Below, in pieces: positions 52,037-62,539 of a DNA stretch of 64,000 nt (position 1 is the first letter of the stretch; each line of letters begins with the position of its first letter). The stretch comes from Pedosphaera sp. (GTDB lineage Bacteria > Verrucomicrobiota > Verrucomicrobiia > Limisphaerales > SXQI01), in contig JANYDC010000027.1 in assembly GCA_025359965.1 (NCBI GenBank), forward strand, positions 15-64,014, read 5' to 3'. The notes under the pieces are model-generated. The model did no database searches. It was not told where the DNA came from and saw only the letters and a list, made by a program, of their open reading frames with translations. The translations under genes and the position numbers were made by a program.

Positions 52037-53569
52037 CTACTTGTACGACTGTTTCAACTCGGTGATAGCTGCTTTCAATTCGGCAGCCAAAGCGTCGCTG
52101 AAAGCTTTTTCGACGCGGATTTTTTCCAACAAAGCAGGCTTGCGAGTGGTCAGCATGTCGGTCAGCTTCAACTGGAAATCCTTGACCTTGTCAACCGCCA
52201 CGTCATCCAACTGGTTGTTTTGCATGGCCCATAGGAGGGAGGATTGAATCTCAACTGGAATGGGGTTGTATTGAATCTGCTTAAACAACTCGACGATGCG
52301 CTTGCCGCGTTCAAGCGTGGCTTGGGTTTTGGCATCCAAGTCGGAACCAAACTGTGCGAACGCAGCCAATTCACGGTACTGGGCCAAATCCAACTTAATA
52401 CGACCGGCCACCTGTTTCATGGCTTTGATTTGGGCGGCTGAACCGACTCGGCTCACCGACAAACCGACGGAAATAGCAGGACGAATACCTTGGTAGAACA
52501 AGTCGGTTTCCAGATAAATCTGGCCGTCCGTGATGGAAATCACATTGGTGGGGATGTATGCGGAAACGTCACCAGCCTGGGTTTCAATGATAGGCAGGGC
52601 AGTCAGGGAGCCGTTACCATATTTCGGACTGACACGGGCGCTACGTTCGAGCAAGCGACTGTGGAGATAGAATACATCGCCAGGATAAGCTTCTCGGCCG
52701 GAGGGGCGTTTCAACACCAGCGAAACCTGTCGGTAGGCCACGGCCTGCTTGGAAAGATCGTCGAAAATGATCAATGCATCCATGCCGTTGTCCATGAACC
52801 ATTCACCCATGGAAGCTCCGGCAAAAGGAGCCAGATACTGGTTGGCGGCGGAATCAGAGGCAGTAGCAGCCACTACGATGGTGTCTTCCATGGCCCCGGC
52901 TTTTTCCAACTCGGCGATGACGCGGGCCACATTGGACTGCTTCTGACCCACGGCGACGTAGATGTTGTAAACAGGGCGGAAATTCTTATCACCTGAAGCG
53001 CGGCCCACTTTGTTCATGCGGGCCTGATTGATCATCGTGTCGACGCCAATCGTGGTTTTGCCCGTCGAACGGTCGCCAATGATCAGCTCGCGCTGACCAC
53101 GACCGATGGGAATCATGGCGTCGATGGACATGATGCCAGTCTGGAGAGGCTGGTTGACCGACTGGCGTTTGATAATGCCGGGCGCGATTTTCTCAATGGG
53201 GTAGGAAACATCACTGACGATGGGGCCTTTGCCGTCAATGGGTCGGCCAAGAGTGTCGACCACGCGGCCGAGAAGACCTTTGCCAACGGGAACGGACAAC
53301 ACTTTGCCAGTGGTGCGGACTTCCGCGCCTTCTTTCACGGAGGTGTATTCACCCAAGATGATGGCGCCGACCTCATTCTCTTCAAGGTTGAGGGCGAGGC
53401 CCACCACTCCGTTGCCGAAATCGAGCATTTCGTTCAACATTGCATCGGTCAAACCTTCGACCTTGGCCACGCCGTCGGAAATTTCGCGGACAACGCCGAC
53501 ATTCTGGCGGGCCACAGTCGTTTTCACCCCTGCAATCTGGGCCTCGATATCTTGAAGTAATGTGCTCAT
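52037..53569 (-). CDS. atpA: F0F1 ATP synthase subunit alpha
   Basis: Walker [10 protein letters not shown]. Length 510 aa. Confidence 0.95.
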   Translation of the reverse strand: MSTLLQDIEAQIAGVKTTVARQNVGVVREISDGVAKVEGLTDAMLNEMLDFGNGVVGLALNLEENEVGAIILGEYTSVKEGAEVRTTGKVLSVPVGKGLLGRVVDTLGRPIDGKGPIVSDVSYPIEKIAPGIIKRQSVNQPLQTGIMSIDAMIPIGRGQRELIIGDRSTGKTTIGVDTMINQARMNKVGRASGDKNFRPVYNIYVAVGQKQSNVARVIAELEKAGAMEDTIVVAATASDSAANQYLAPFAGASMGEWFMDNGMDALIIFDDLSKQAVAYRQVSLVLKRPSGREAYPGDVFYLHSRLLERSARVSPKYGNGSLTALPIIETQAGDVSAYIPTNVISITDGQIYLETDLFYQGIRPAISVGLSVSRVGSAAQIKAMKQVAGRIKLDLAQYRELAAFAQFGSDLDAKTQATLERGKRIVELFKQIQYNPIPVEIQSSLLWAMQNNQLDDVAVDKVKDFQLKLTDMLTTRKPALLEKIRVEKAFSDALAAELKAAITELKQSYK

Positions 53570-53613
53570 GGAATCCGAAAATAAATCCAGTACTTAAAAA
53601 ACTATGCTATCAA

Positions 53614-54006
53614 TTAAAAAGTCTCTTGCAATGCGTTGAGTCGCGCCAACACTGATCCGTCGTAAACATCGCTGCCGACCTTGATGCGCAAACCACCCAA
53701 AAGAGCGGGATTGCTACCGAAGGTCATGGTCAACCCAGGACCATAGGTCTTGGTCAGGCTGGCCTGAAGCTTTGCTTTCATTTCCGCATCAAGCTCAACA
53801 GGGCTTTCGACATGAGCTGAGCGGCGGACAACCTCCAACTTCACCAATCTTTCAAGATGCGAGAGGATACCGGCGTAACCGCGGGGCTTCTGCGCGATTA
53901 CCAGACGAAAGGCTTCCCGGACCCGGTTTTCATCCATCACTCCGTTGACCAAGGAGGCGCGGAACAAACCTTTGGCTTCGCGACGGGCTAGTTTGGAGCT
54001 CTTCAT
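53614..54006 (-). CDS. atpH: F0F1 ATP synthase subunit delta (short, 130 aa)
   Basis: Position between atpF and atpA. OSCP-like C-terminal region LGGLRIKVGSDVYDGSV. Confidence 0.7.
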   Translation of the reverse strand: MKSSKLARREAKGLFRASLVNGVMDENRVREAFRLVIAQKPRGYAGILSHLERLVKLEVVRRSAHVESPVELDAEMKAKLQASLTKTYGPGLTMTFGSNPALLGGLRIKVGSDVYDGSVLARLNALQETF

Positions 54007-54016
54007 GTCAGGTTAC

Positions 54017-54580
54017 TCAGGCGGCCAGTTGGCGATTGGTCTCATCAGCCAATCGTTTTTGATCTTCGATGGTTAGAACCTTACCAGTCGCTTGAATAGT
54101 GGTACGAACCACCAGTTGGCCAATCTCGCGCTTCAACTCTGCGAGCATCAAGGCATGATCGGCAGCAGCTGCCTCGCGGGCCTTGGAAATGATCTGTTCG
54201 GCGGCAGCAATGGCTTTCTGGGTCTCAACCTCTTGGACTTTTGCGGCGGCCGCGCGCGCCTCTTCAATTAGCTTCATGGCTTGCGCGTTTGCTTGGCTCA
54301 TGGTTTCGCGACGGGAAGCTTCCGCTTTGGCCAGTTCCTGCTTAATCTTCTCGGCATTCTCAAGGCCCTGTGCAATGAGTTTACGGCGCTCGGCCAAAAC
54401 AGCCAGCACAGGTTTGTAGGCAAGCATGCGCAGTAAAAAGGCGACCAGCAAAAAGCTAATCACCTGCGAGAGAAGCAGGGAGCCGTTCACACCGAACTGC
54501 TCACCAGTGTTCTGCGCGGTTTTGGCCAGGCTTGCCACAAGACCGTCGTCAGCAGCTGCAAGAAGGGCAAAGGAGGTCAT
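54017..54580 (-). CDS. atpF: F0F1 ATP synthase subunit b
   Basis: Single N-terminal TM then long Ala/Glu/Lys-rich helix. Start taken at MTSFALLAA. Confidence 0.8.
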   Translation of the reverse strand: MTSFALLAAADDGLVASLAKTAQNTGEQFGVNGSLLLSQVISFLLVAFLLRMLAYKPVLAVLAERRKLIAQGLENAEKIKQELAKAEASRRETMSQANAQAMKLIEEARAAAAKVQEVETQKAIAAAEQIISKAREAAAADHALMLAELKREIGQLVVRTTIQATGKVLTIEDQKRLADETNRQLAA

Positions 54581-54647
54581 AATAAAATAATCAAAAAACG
54601 AGAATGCCGGGCGGGACCGCTTTGAAACGGTCCCGCCCAAAGCTTTC

Positions 54648-54893
54648 TTACTTCACTAGGAAGATCGCGAAAAACACGATACCTTCAGCGAAGGCAGTGC
54701 TCAGAATCGCCTGCACGAGGATTTTCGTGGCAGCACCGGGATTGCGGCCCACTGCTTCAGAGGCGCGCATACCGATCATTCCGACACCAATCGCAGCACC
54801 GGCTGCTGCTGCGGCGACGTGAACATTTCCGGTAAGTTCGGCCAACATTGGAATTAACATATTCAGTCCTTCGATTTTTGCTGTGATCAACAC
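54648..54893 (-). CDS. atpE: F0F1 ATP synthase subunit c
   Basis: GAAIGVGMIG...RNPG...FAEGIVFFAIFL hairpin with conserved Glu. Confidence 0.85.
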   Translation of the reverse strand: MLITAKIEGLNMLIPMLAELTGNVHVAAAAAGAAIGVGMIGMRASEAVGRNPGAATKILVQAILSTAFAEGIVFFAIFLVK

Positions 54894-54937
54894 CCCCCGC
54901 AGTCAAAGCCACGGTCAGAATGCCGAAATTATAGAAT

Positions 54938-55891
54938 CTAGTGCTTGTGCTCCCCGGCGTGGCCGTGAGCGGGTTCGTGAGCGTGCTCCTCATCATGGGA
55001 GCAAATGAGCAGAGTGAAGACGGCGGTCAGCAGCATGAACACCAAGGCCTGAACCATACCGACCAGCAACTCCATGAAATAGAAAGGAATGGGAATCAAC
55101 CAACCAAAGCCAGGAACGAGCGTGGCCATTGTTTCCAACATGTTCTCACCAGCGAATATATTTCCATACAAACGGAAGCTCAAGGAAACAGGGCGGAAGG
55201 CAATCGAAACCACTTCCAACACACCGACAGCGAGGAACACGACAATCATGCCCCATTTCATGATGCCGGTAGTATCCCCTTTAGGCCCAAAAATATGCAT
55301 AACGAAACCGCCAGGGCCGTTTGCTTGCAGCGCCCAGACAATCCAGCAGGCGAAGAAAACCAACGACATTGCCAACGTCATGTTCAGATCAGCATTAGCA
55401 CCACGCAGAAGCGATGTTGTGAAATGATGGAAATGGCCGTTCTCATCAGGATGCCCCCAACCTATTGAGCCCACCCCTGGTATCAAACCAGCCCAGTTTG
55501 TGGCCAAAACCAGAATGAAAAGCGTGGCAAAAAACCAAAATGTTTTGCGAGCCAGATCTGCCCCCATAATTCCACCCAGAAAATCGTCAAGCCCTTCGAC
55601 AAGCCATTCCCAGAAATTCTGCGCGCCTTGAGGCACCATGCGAACGTTGCGCATGGCCAATTGTGCACCAATGATCAGGAGAATTGCCACCGCCCATGTG
55701 ATGACCATGGAATTAGTGAGGACAAGCGGTCCAAACTTGGCCACAGGAGCTGCGTAGAGCGGAATACCTTCCTTTTCGGCATGCTCCGCATGGCCAGCAG
55801 GTGCAGCCACAGCATGACCTTCAGCCGCAAAGGCCAATGGCGCGAAGGCGATTCCCAAAACTCCAACCAAAAATAGCAAAAATGTCCGCAT
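54938..55891 (-). CDS. atpB: F0F1 ATP synthase subunit a with N-terminal signal-like extension and His-rich termini
   Basis: Core a-subunit motifs (LSFRLYGNIFAGE). N-term MRTFLLFLVGVLGIAFAPLAFAAEGHAVAAPAGHAEHAEKEG. C-term HDEEHAHEPAHGHAGEHKH. Confidence 0.85.
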   Translation of the reverse strand: MRTFLLFLVGVLGIAFAPLAFAAEGHAVAAPAGHAEHAEKEGIPLYAAPVAKFGPLVLTNSMVITWAVAILLIIGAQLAMRNVRMVPQGAQNFWEWLVEGLDDFLGGIMGADLARKTFWFFATLFILVLATNWAGLIPGVGSIGWGHPDENGHFHHFTTSLLRGANADLNMTLAMSLVFFACWIVWALQANGPGGFVMHIFGPKGDTTGIMKWGMIVVFLAVGVLEVVSIAFRPVSLSFRLYGNIFAGENMLETMATLVPGFGWLIPIPFYFMELLVGMVQALVFMLLTAVFTLLICSHDEEHAHEPAHGHAGEHKH

Positions 55892-56399
55892 GAAACTGTG
55901 ACGCTTGTTTGGCCGTTCAGAGAAAACAATTCCCCTCGGCTAAACATGTGTGTTCCGAAATTCGATAGCAAAATGACAGATCGTGAAATTTTTCACAAGC
56001 AGTTTTTGCAGGATTTTTTACACCGAGATGAATAAGCACTGGAAATGGATGGTTCGCAGACATTTAAGTAAGATGAATGATGCGCGTTGCAGCTAAGGCA
56101 CTTGGTCGTCTCCCCGCCGGAAAGTTTCCATCAGCGAAACCCTTTTCACCTTGCAAGCGAAATGCTTCGATCGAATGAGAAAACCTACGACACATGATGT
56201 GTTTACGGACCATCAACCACTGGCACGGTTTGTTACCAATGTGAGTAATGTCGTGCCACACATGGTAAATGTATGACCACATTGAGGCAGCGGGAAATGC
56301 AAATTTTGGCGTATGCTTGTGCTTTTTGAACCAGAGAACTCTTGATGCGAGCAGCGGCGAATGGATCAGGGAATTATCTTGGGGCCGCTGATGAAAATC

Positions 56400-58163
56400 T
56401 CATGATCCCACCGGCAGCCGCAACGTAAAAATTGTGCCCTTGGCTGGGCGGGATTTGACTTCAATGCGGCCGTGATGTGCCTCCATAATTCTCGCCACGA
56501 TAGCCAAACCCAAACCAGTCCCCTTGCGTTTTGTTGTCTTCAGCAAAGACGAAAACACTCTCTTACACTGCTCTTCTGTCATGCCGTCGCCGTTATCACG
56601 GAATTCGATCATGACCATGGCTCCTGCCTCGCCCGCATTCTGAACCTTGGTGGTAATGGTCAGCTTTCCGCCCTTTGGCATCGCTTCAACCGCATTTAGG
56701 GTGAGATTGAGGAAAACCTGTTCCAACTGAGCGGAATCAGCGGAAACCATAGGCAGGTTTTCGCCGAGCTTGTGAATCCAGGCAATATTTTGGTTACGGA
56801 GCTTGTGCCGGACCAAAAGCGCGAGATCGTTGAGGAGGCGGTTAATATCCACCGGTCCAATTTGAGGTTCGCTGGTTCGGGCAAAATCGAGAATTTGTTC
56901 CACGATGCGGTTCAGCTGATCCATCTTCTCGCTCATCACCTTGACGTCGCGCACACGGGGATCACTCGGTTCGAAACGCAAGTCCAGAGAGTGGAACAGC
57001 ATCTTGATCACGGTCAGCGGGTTGCGAATCTCATGGGCCACCTCGGCCGCCAACAAACCGATGGCACTTAGTTTTTCGTTCTGACGGATATGCTCTTCCA
57101 TATCGACCAGACGTTCGTAAAGACGGGCTTTCTCGATGGCGATGCCGCTAAGCTCGGCCAAAGCTGATAGAATACGTATTTCTTCGTTGGAAAAATTGGT
57201 GAGTGAGGCCGTGTAAACATTCAGCGCGCCTATGGGCTCTCCGAGATACATCAAAGGAACGCTGAGTAGAGAAACCAGCCCTTCGCGCCTGGCCACCCCC
57301 ACGTTTTGGTAGCGGGTGGAAGTCTGCACGTTTTCGACTTGAAGGGCCTTTTTCCGTCGGACCACGATGCCCAGGAAACTTTCGGCAATACTGAGTCTTG
57401 GCTTGTTGATGTAGGCATCCCCTGCCCCATAACTTGCGCGTAAGTCCAGCCATTCGTGTGTTTCGTCCAGCAAAAGCAACGAACACATTTTCCCGCTCAT
57501 CAACTCACACGCCTCGTACGTAATCACCTTGAGCGCCTCATCCAGGTTCAAAGTGGAGTTAATGGTCTGCCCCACGCTGAAAAGGGACTCGAACAAACGA
57601 GCTTTGAGACGGTTTTGCTCATAAAGCCACGTGTTCTTGATGACGCGCGAGGCCTGCCGCGCCACATCATGCAAGAGTGCCTCGTCCTGCGGGGAGAACG
57701 CATCAGGCTGGCTGGAATCCACATTCAAGACCCCGCGAATCTCACCATCAACCTCAATGGGCACGGCCATCTCTGAAACCACGCTGGCCTTGGCCGGGAT
57801 ATATCGCGCATCCGCCCGGACGTCTCCCACACGCGCTCCTTTGCCGTGCAAGGCCACCCAACCTGTGATGCCCTCCCCTACTTTGAGCCGCAGAGCTTCA
57901 CCAGAAAGGGGCAGACCGTGCGAAGCCTGGATCTCCAAAAATTGCGTGGTGGGATTCACCAAAATAACCGATCCACTGGTGGCCCGCGTAACACGAACTG
58001 TTTCGCGCATGATCAACTCAAGCACACGCTGGGGTTCCAGCGTGGAGTGGATGACATCATTGACCTGAGCCAGTACCTGCAGGCGGTCGAATCGTGCCTG
58101 TAAGGCACGATAAGCGGCGGCGGAGACTTTCTCTTCTTTCAGCGGGTTCTTTGCGTTAGCCAT
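56400..58163 (-). CDS. Cytoplasmic GAF-domain sensor histidine kinase (2 GAF + HisKA + HATPase_c), no adjacent response regulator
   Basis: AHEIRNPLT H-box, N box LNLTLNAVEAM, G boxes DNGDGM / GTGLGLAI. No TM segments. Start MANAKNP overlaps lptF/G-like gene end by about 25 nt. Confidence 0.85.
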   Translation of the reverse strand: MANAKNPLKEEKVSAAAYRALQARFDRLQVLAQVNDVIHSTLEPQRVLELIMRETVRVTRATSGSVILVNPTTQFLEIQASHGLPLSGEALRLKVGEGITGWVALHGKGARVGDVRADARYIPAKASVVSEMAVPIEVDGEIRGVLNVDSSQPDAFSPQDEALLHDVARQASRVIKNTWLYEQNRLKARLFESLFSVGQTINSTLNLDEALKVITYEACELMSGKMCSLLLLDETHEWLDLRASYGAGDAYINKPRLSIAESFLGIVVRRKKALQVENVQTSTRYQNVGVARREGLVSLLSVPLMYLGEPIGALNVYTASLTNFSNEEIRILSALAELSGIAIEKARLYERLVDMEEHIRQNEKLSAIGLLAAEVAHEIRNPLTVIKMLFHSLDLRFEPSDPRVRDVKVMSEKMDQLNRIVEQILDFARTSEPQIGPVDINRLLNDLALLVRHKLRNQNIAWIHKLGENLPMVSADSAQLEQVFLNLTLNAVEAMPKGGKLTITTKVQNAGEAGAMVMIEFRDNGDGMTEEQCKRVFSSLLKTTKRKGTGLGLAIVARIMEAHHGRIEVKSRPAKGTIFTLRLPVGS

Positions 58164-59257
58164 AAGCCTGTGCCTCCAAACAAAAGATTCGGCAGCCAAC
58201 CCGCCGCAAGGGCCGGAATATGTCCTCCGGTTCCCAAAGCCAAGGCGAAACGCAGCACTATAAAATAAGCAAAACAGATGAAGATACTGCTGGCCACACC
58301 GACAAACACATTGCGCCTGCCCGAAGCCGCACCGAAAGGCAGAGCGATTAAAACCACCACCAGCGGCATCCACGGCTGAGCCAGCCGGGCATGCCATTGC
58401 GTGCTCAGCATGGCTCGGTCGCGCTGGTTGAGATCGAGATGTGTGCTAAGATAAACCAACTCCTGCAAGGTCAGATGAGGCTTGCGTGCGGCGTCGATGC
58501 TGCTGAGGCGGTTGAATTTCATGACCACACGGAAATCCTCAGGCGTCTCTGCCAGTTCTGGCATAAAGACATAATTGGTCCGCCCGGTCTGCAAGCCCGA
58601 TTCGAAATCGGTTTGGTTTTTGTAGCGAAAGGTTTGCACGTCAGAAAAACCCCACGCGCCGTTGGTTGGGGAGGCCCTTTTTGCAAACAGGCGGTTCATG
58701 GTCCCGTTCGTGCCAGGCCATTCCACCTGAACCGCACGCATCTCCGAGGTAATTGTGTCAAACGCACCAATGGCCCAAATGCGGCCATCCCGCGCATTGC
58801 GGAAATGCACTGTCGGATGAACCCGGCTTGCCGCGGATTCCGCGCTTTCGTTCTTGTTTAAGATACTCAGGCTGCGTGCCGTCGCCACGGGCACTACATA
58901 TTCACCCAGCAAAAAGACCGTGATGCTGAAGGTCAGCCCAAGCGCGAGGTAGGGCAGACAAATGCGCCACAGACTAAGACCAGCCGACCTCATGGCGGTC
59001 AATTCATGGTGTCGCGCGTGGTTGGTCAGGGCGTACAAAAGCGCCAGCATTAGGGCCACGGGCATGACAAAAACGAGCATCTCCGGTGCTCGCATTGCGT
59101 AATAAAAACCGATATCGCCAAAGGAAAGATGCCTCTCCTGCAAGGACGCAAAATTGTTAAACGCCTCGAAAGTGACCCAAAACAGCAGGAACCCGCTCAG
59201 AGTATAACTGAGCGGGACAAGAACTTCGCGGAAGACGTACCGATCCAGCAAACGCAC
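58139..59257 (-). CDS. LptF/LptG family permease (YjgP/YjgQ)
   Basis: MRLLDRYVFREVLVPLSYTLSGFLLFWV typical N-terminus. 6 TM with large periplasmic loop. Confidence 0.8.
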   Translation of the reverse strand: MRLLDRYVFREVLVPLSYTLSGFLLFWVTFEAFNNFASLQERHLSFGDIGFYYAMRAPEMLVFVMPVALMLALLYALTNHARHHELTAMRSAGLSLWRICLPYLALGLTFSITVFLLGEYVVPVATARSLSILNKNESAESAASRVHPTVHFRNARDGRIWAIGAFDTITSEMRAVQVEWPGTNGTMNRLFAKRASPTNGAWGFSDVQTFRYKNQTDFESGLQTGRTNYVFMPELAETPEDFRVVMKFNRLSSIDAARKPHLTLQELVYLSTHLDLNQRDRAMLSTQWHARLAQPWMPLVVVLIALPFGAASGRRNVFVGVASSIFICFAYFIVLRFALALGTGGHIPALAAGWLPNLLFGGTGLWLTQRTR

Positions 59258-59689
59258 TAGGTGAGCGTAGGTTTGCCAAGGTCACAAGGCAAGAAGCAGG
59301 TGGATTAGTTGAGGGTCTGCTCCGAACGCTGACTGATCAAAAGATTGCGCTGCACTTACAAAATCCATTCACCGAAGCCGAAGGGATACACCCACAAGAA
59401 GCGGAAAACAGTTAAGTGAGGTGCCGGTCTTACGCGGTCAATTCCAAATACTCCATGTTGGAAAACAACCATGTCGTTCATGCCAAAGCACTTATCCGAC
59501 CCAATAATCTTGGGATTTCACCACAATCCATTTCTTCGGTCTGAGAGAAAAGTCCCACTTGTGCTGTGAGACGCACACTTTGCATTTAGGCGAGGTGCCG
59601 TGTAATTTCGGCGCACACCAAAAAATGGCGGCGGTTTGCGATTGGCAAAACGACTGGGGATTCATTATCCTCCCGCCCCCGATGGGATT

Positions 59690-60649
59690 ATGCGCCAACT
59701 TGGCACCATAGCTTGGAATGCGTTCATGGAACTGGTCCGACAGCCGGTCTTCCTGCTGTTGATGACTTGTGCCGCTGCATTCAACATGCTGCTCGCGAGT
59801 ATGTTCTACTTCAGTTTTGGGGATGACCCGAAGTTGGTGAAGGACAGCGTTCTTGCGGTCATGCTCCTAACAGGGCTTTTCGGCGCGGTGATTAGCGCCT
59901 CGGCCTCAGTCGCCAATGAAATCAGGTCGGGGACTGCTTTGGCGGTTCTTTCAAAGCCGGTGGGAAGGTTTCGTTTCCTGGTGGGAAAATTTCTCGGACT
60001 AGCCGGTGCGCTGTCCGTGATGACATTCGTCAATTTTCTGTGCGCGCTATTGGCAAGTCGCATGGCCTTCGATGCGTACGGCGAGCCGGACAAACCGGCG
60101 CTGGTTATTTTTTTCACCATGTTGCTTTTGGCATACGCCTTGGCCGGGATGAGTAATTTCTTTCTGCGCAGGGTATTTGTGCCTGATGCAGTATTCGGGG
60201 TGGTGATCGGCGCTACTGTCGCCTTCCTGATCATCTGTTTCGTCAGTAAGGACTGGACCCTTCAAGAGTTTGCCAAGGGCGTGGACTGGCGTCTCGTCCC
60301 GGCCTCGATCCTCATTCTGTTCGCCCTTTGGATCATTTCAGGACTGGCTCTGGCGTGCTCGACACGGGTCGACGTCATACCCACACTCAGCATCTGCTCC
60401 GCGTTGTTCCTGATAGGCTTGATGTCGGATTATATGTTTGGACGAGCGGCGGATCACGGTTCAATCATCGCCCGCGTCTGTTATGCGATTTCGCCGAACT
60501 GGCAGCAACTTTGGCTGGCGGATGCCTTGGAAAACGGACGTTCCATCCCGTGGAACTACGTCTGGAACGCTTTTGTTTACGTCGCGTGTTATTTGGGGGC
60601 CGTACTGGCGGTTGCCCTGGTCCTGTTTGAGGACCGCGAGCTTAACTGA
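59690..60649 (+). CDS. ABC-2 type transporter permease-like membrane protein (no ATPase gene adjacent)
   Basis: MRQLGTIAWNAFMELVRQPVFLLLM NosY/ABC-2-like N-terminus, 6-7 TM. Alternative TTG start at 59636. Confidence 0.6.
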   Translation: MRQLGTIAWNAFMELVRQPVFLLLMTCAAAFNMLLASMFYFSFGDDPKLVKDSVLAVMLLTGLFGAVISASASVANEIRSGTALAVLSKPVGRFRFLVGKFLGLAGALSVMTFVNFLCALLASRMAFDAYGEPDKPALVIFFTMLLLAYALAGMSNFFLRRVFVPDAVFGVVIGATVAFLIICFVSKDWTLQEFAKGVDWRLVPASILILFALWIISGLALACSTRVDVIPTLSICSALFLIGLMSDYMFGRAADHGSIIARVCYAISPNWQQLWLADALENGRSIPWNYVWNAFVYVACYLGAVLAVALVLFEDRELN

Positions 60650-60657
60650 TTGGGAGC

Positions 60658-62526
60658 ATGGAAAAAAATTCACCAACGATTGGTATCGTCAACGTCTTCG
60701 TCCTTCTGGCCGCTGGGATCGCGTCCCTTGCCCTTGCGCTTTACGACGGCACTTTTGCAGGACAGATCGTCGCAGTCTTCTTCGCCGCAGGCTTTCTGAC
60801 CGCCGTGGTCGGCCTTATCCAAATGCGTTTGGAGGAAAAGGAGCGTCTTGAAAGGCTGGACTTCGACGAAATGAATAAGACTTCGAAATCATCCAGCCTC
60901 TTTACAGGCGCGGAAGAAGAAGTGCTCCAAGCCAAACAGTCCCGGCTCACCTTCGAGAAATATTTCATCCCAGGTTTTGCGATCCTTTTGATTATCAGCT
61001 TGGGAGCAGCCTCCTATTTGTTGATGCAGTGGCTCCGAGATGCCGCCATTACTCCGCCGCGCGATCCGATGGTTGCCCTCTCGCTTTTTGCGACTGTGGC
61101 AATAATTCTGTTCGTCCTCGGCAAATACGCGGCAAACCTTTCCAAGCTTCAAGGGCTGCGGCTGCTGCGGCCAGCCGCCAGCTATCTCGTACTTGGCTTT
61201 TACCTGTGCACAGCAGTTGCGATTTCCATCGGTTGGGCTTGGAGCGGCGGTGCCAAGGCGGATATGTGGCTGGCCAAAGCCCTGACAGCTCTGCTTGCTG
61301 TGATCTCGGCTGAATTGGTGGTCAACCTCATACTTGAAATTTATCGTCCTCGCCATCGCAAACAGGCTGCCCGTCTGGTGTATGAGAGCCGTCTGGTGGG
61401 CCTTCTTGGCCAGCCTGAAGGACTTTTTACCACGGCTTCCCAAGCCTTGGATTACCAGTTTGGCTTCAAAGTCTCCGAGACTGGGTTCTATCTGTTCATG
61501 CAAAGGAATCTTGCACGAATTGTCCTTTTGCAAATGGCGGTCCTGCTAATCTCGACCAGCATTGTATTCATATCCCCAGGCGAGCAGGGTTTGATTGAGC
61601 GTTTTGGCCGGGCCACCTCGGACAACAACATTTTGGATCCTGGTCCACACTTAAAACTTCCTTGGCCGATTGACCAGGTCTACCGATTCCGCACTCAGGA
61701 AATTCAAAGTTTCAACGTCGGGTTTCAGACCGATGAAAAAGAGGAACACAACAAGGGCCCGATTCTGTGGACCGTGAAGCACTATAAGGAGGAGTTTAAT
61801 TTGCTGGTGGCCAGCCGCGAACAAACCCAATCCTCCACCAATCTCTCGGAACGCTCCGCCCCTGCCGACCTGCTAACGGTCAGCATCCCGGTGCAATTCC
61901 TGATACAGGATTTGCGCGCCTGGGCATATCAGCACACCGATGCTGCAAGGTTATTGGAAAAGGCTGCCACCCGCGAAGTGATCCTGTATTTGGTGGGCGT
62001 GGATATTTTCGACATCATGAGTCATGGCCGCACCAAGGCTGCGGAAGATCTTCGTGGCCTCATCCAAAAGCGGGCCGACGATCTTCATCTGGGGGTCAAG
62101 ATTCTGTTCGTTGGTTTGCAGGATATCCACCCGCCCGTCAAAGTTGCGGCTTCGTTCGAGGCGGTGGTCGGTTCAAAACAGGATAACGAGGCAAAGTTGC
62201 GCATTTCTGAGGGATACGCCAGTCGCACAGTTGCACTGGCCAAGGCAGAAGCCGACAAAAAAGAGCGCGAGGCTGAATCCTACTCGATACGAAAAATCGC
62301 TGGCTCAGCCGCCCAGGCCAAACAGTTTGAGAGCCAACTGCTCGCTTATCAGGCCGCCCCCGAGGTTTATGCACAGCGGGCCTACTTGCAATCCTTCGCC
62401 CGCGGCAGCACTAACAGCCGCAAATATATTATTACTGCAACCAACTCCCAGGAAACGGTTATCCTGAATCTCGAGGACAAGATTCGCCAGGACATCCTTG
62501 ATATCCCCCTCCCTTCGAAACGCTGA
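60658..62526 (+). CDS. Membrane protein with N-terminal polytopic domain and C-terminal SPFH/band-7 domain
   Basis: About 330 aa with 7-8 TM then ISPGEQGLIERFGRATSDNNILDPGPHLKLPWPIDQVYRFRTQEIQSF (SPFH start) and coiled-coil tail. Confidence 0.7.
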   Translation: MEKNSPTIGIVNVFVLLAAGIASLALALYDGTFAGQIVAVFFAAGFLTAVVGLIQMRLEEKERLERLDFDEMNKTSKSSSLFTGAEEEVLQAKQSRLTFEKYFIPGFAILLIISLGAASYLLMQWLRDAAITPPRDPMVALSLFATVAIILFVLGKYAANLSKLQGLRLLRPAASYLVLGFYLCTAVAISIGWAWSGGAKADMWLAKALTALLAVISAELVVNLILEIYRPRHRKQAARLVYESRLVGLLGQPEGLFTTASQALDYQFGFKVSETGFYLFMQRNLARIVLLQMAVLLISTSIVFISPGEQGLIERFGRATSDNNILDPGPHLKLPWPIDQVYRFRTQEIQSFNVGFQTDEKEEHNKGPILWTVKHYKEEFNLLVASREQTQSSTNLSERSAPADLLTVSIPVQFLIQDLRAWAYQHTDAARLLEKAATREVILYLVGVDIFDIMSHGRTKAAEDLRGLIQKRADDLHLGVKILFVGLQDIHPPVKVAASFEAVVGSKQDNEAKLRISEGYASRTVALAKAEADKKEREAESYSIRKIAGSAAQAKQFESQLLAYQAAPEVYAQRAYLQSFARGSTNSRKYIITATNSQETVILNLEDKIRQDILDIPLPSKR

Positions 62527-62539
62527 TTTTTCACAGAAC

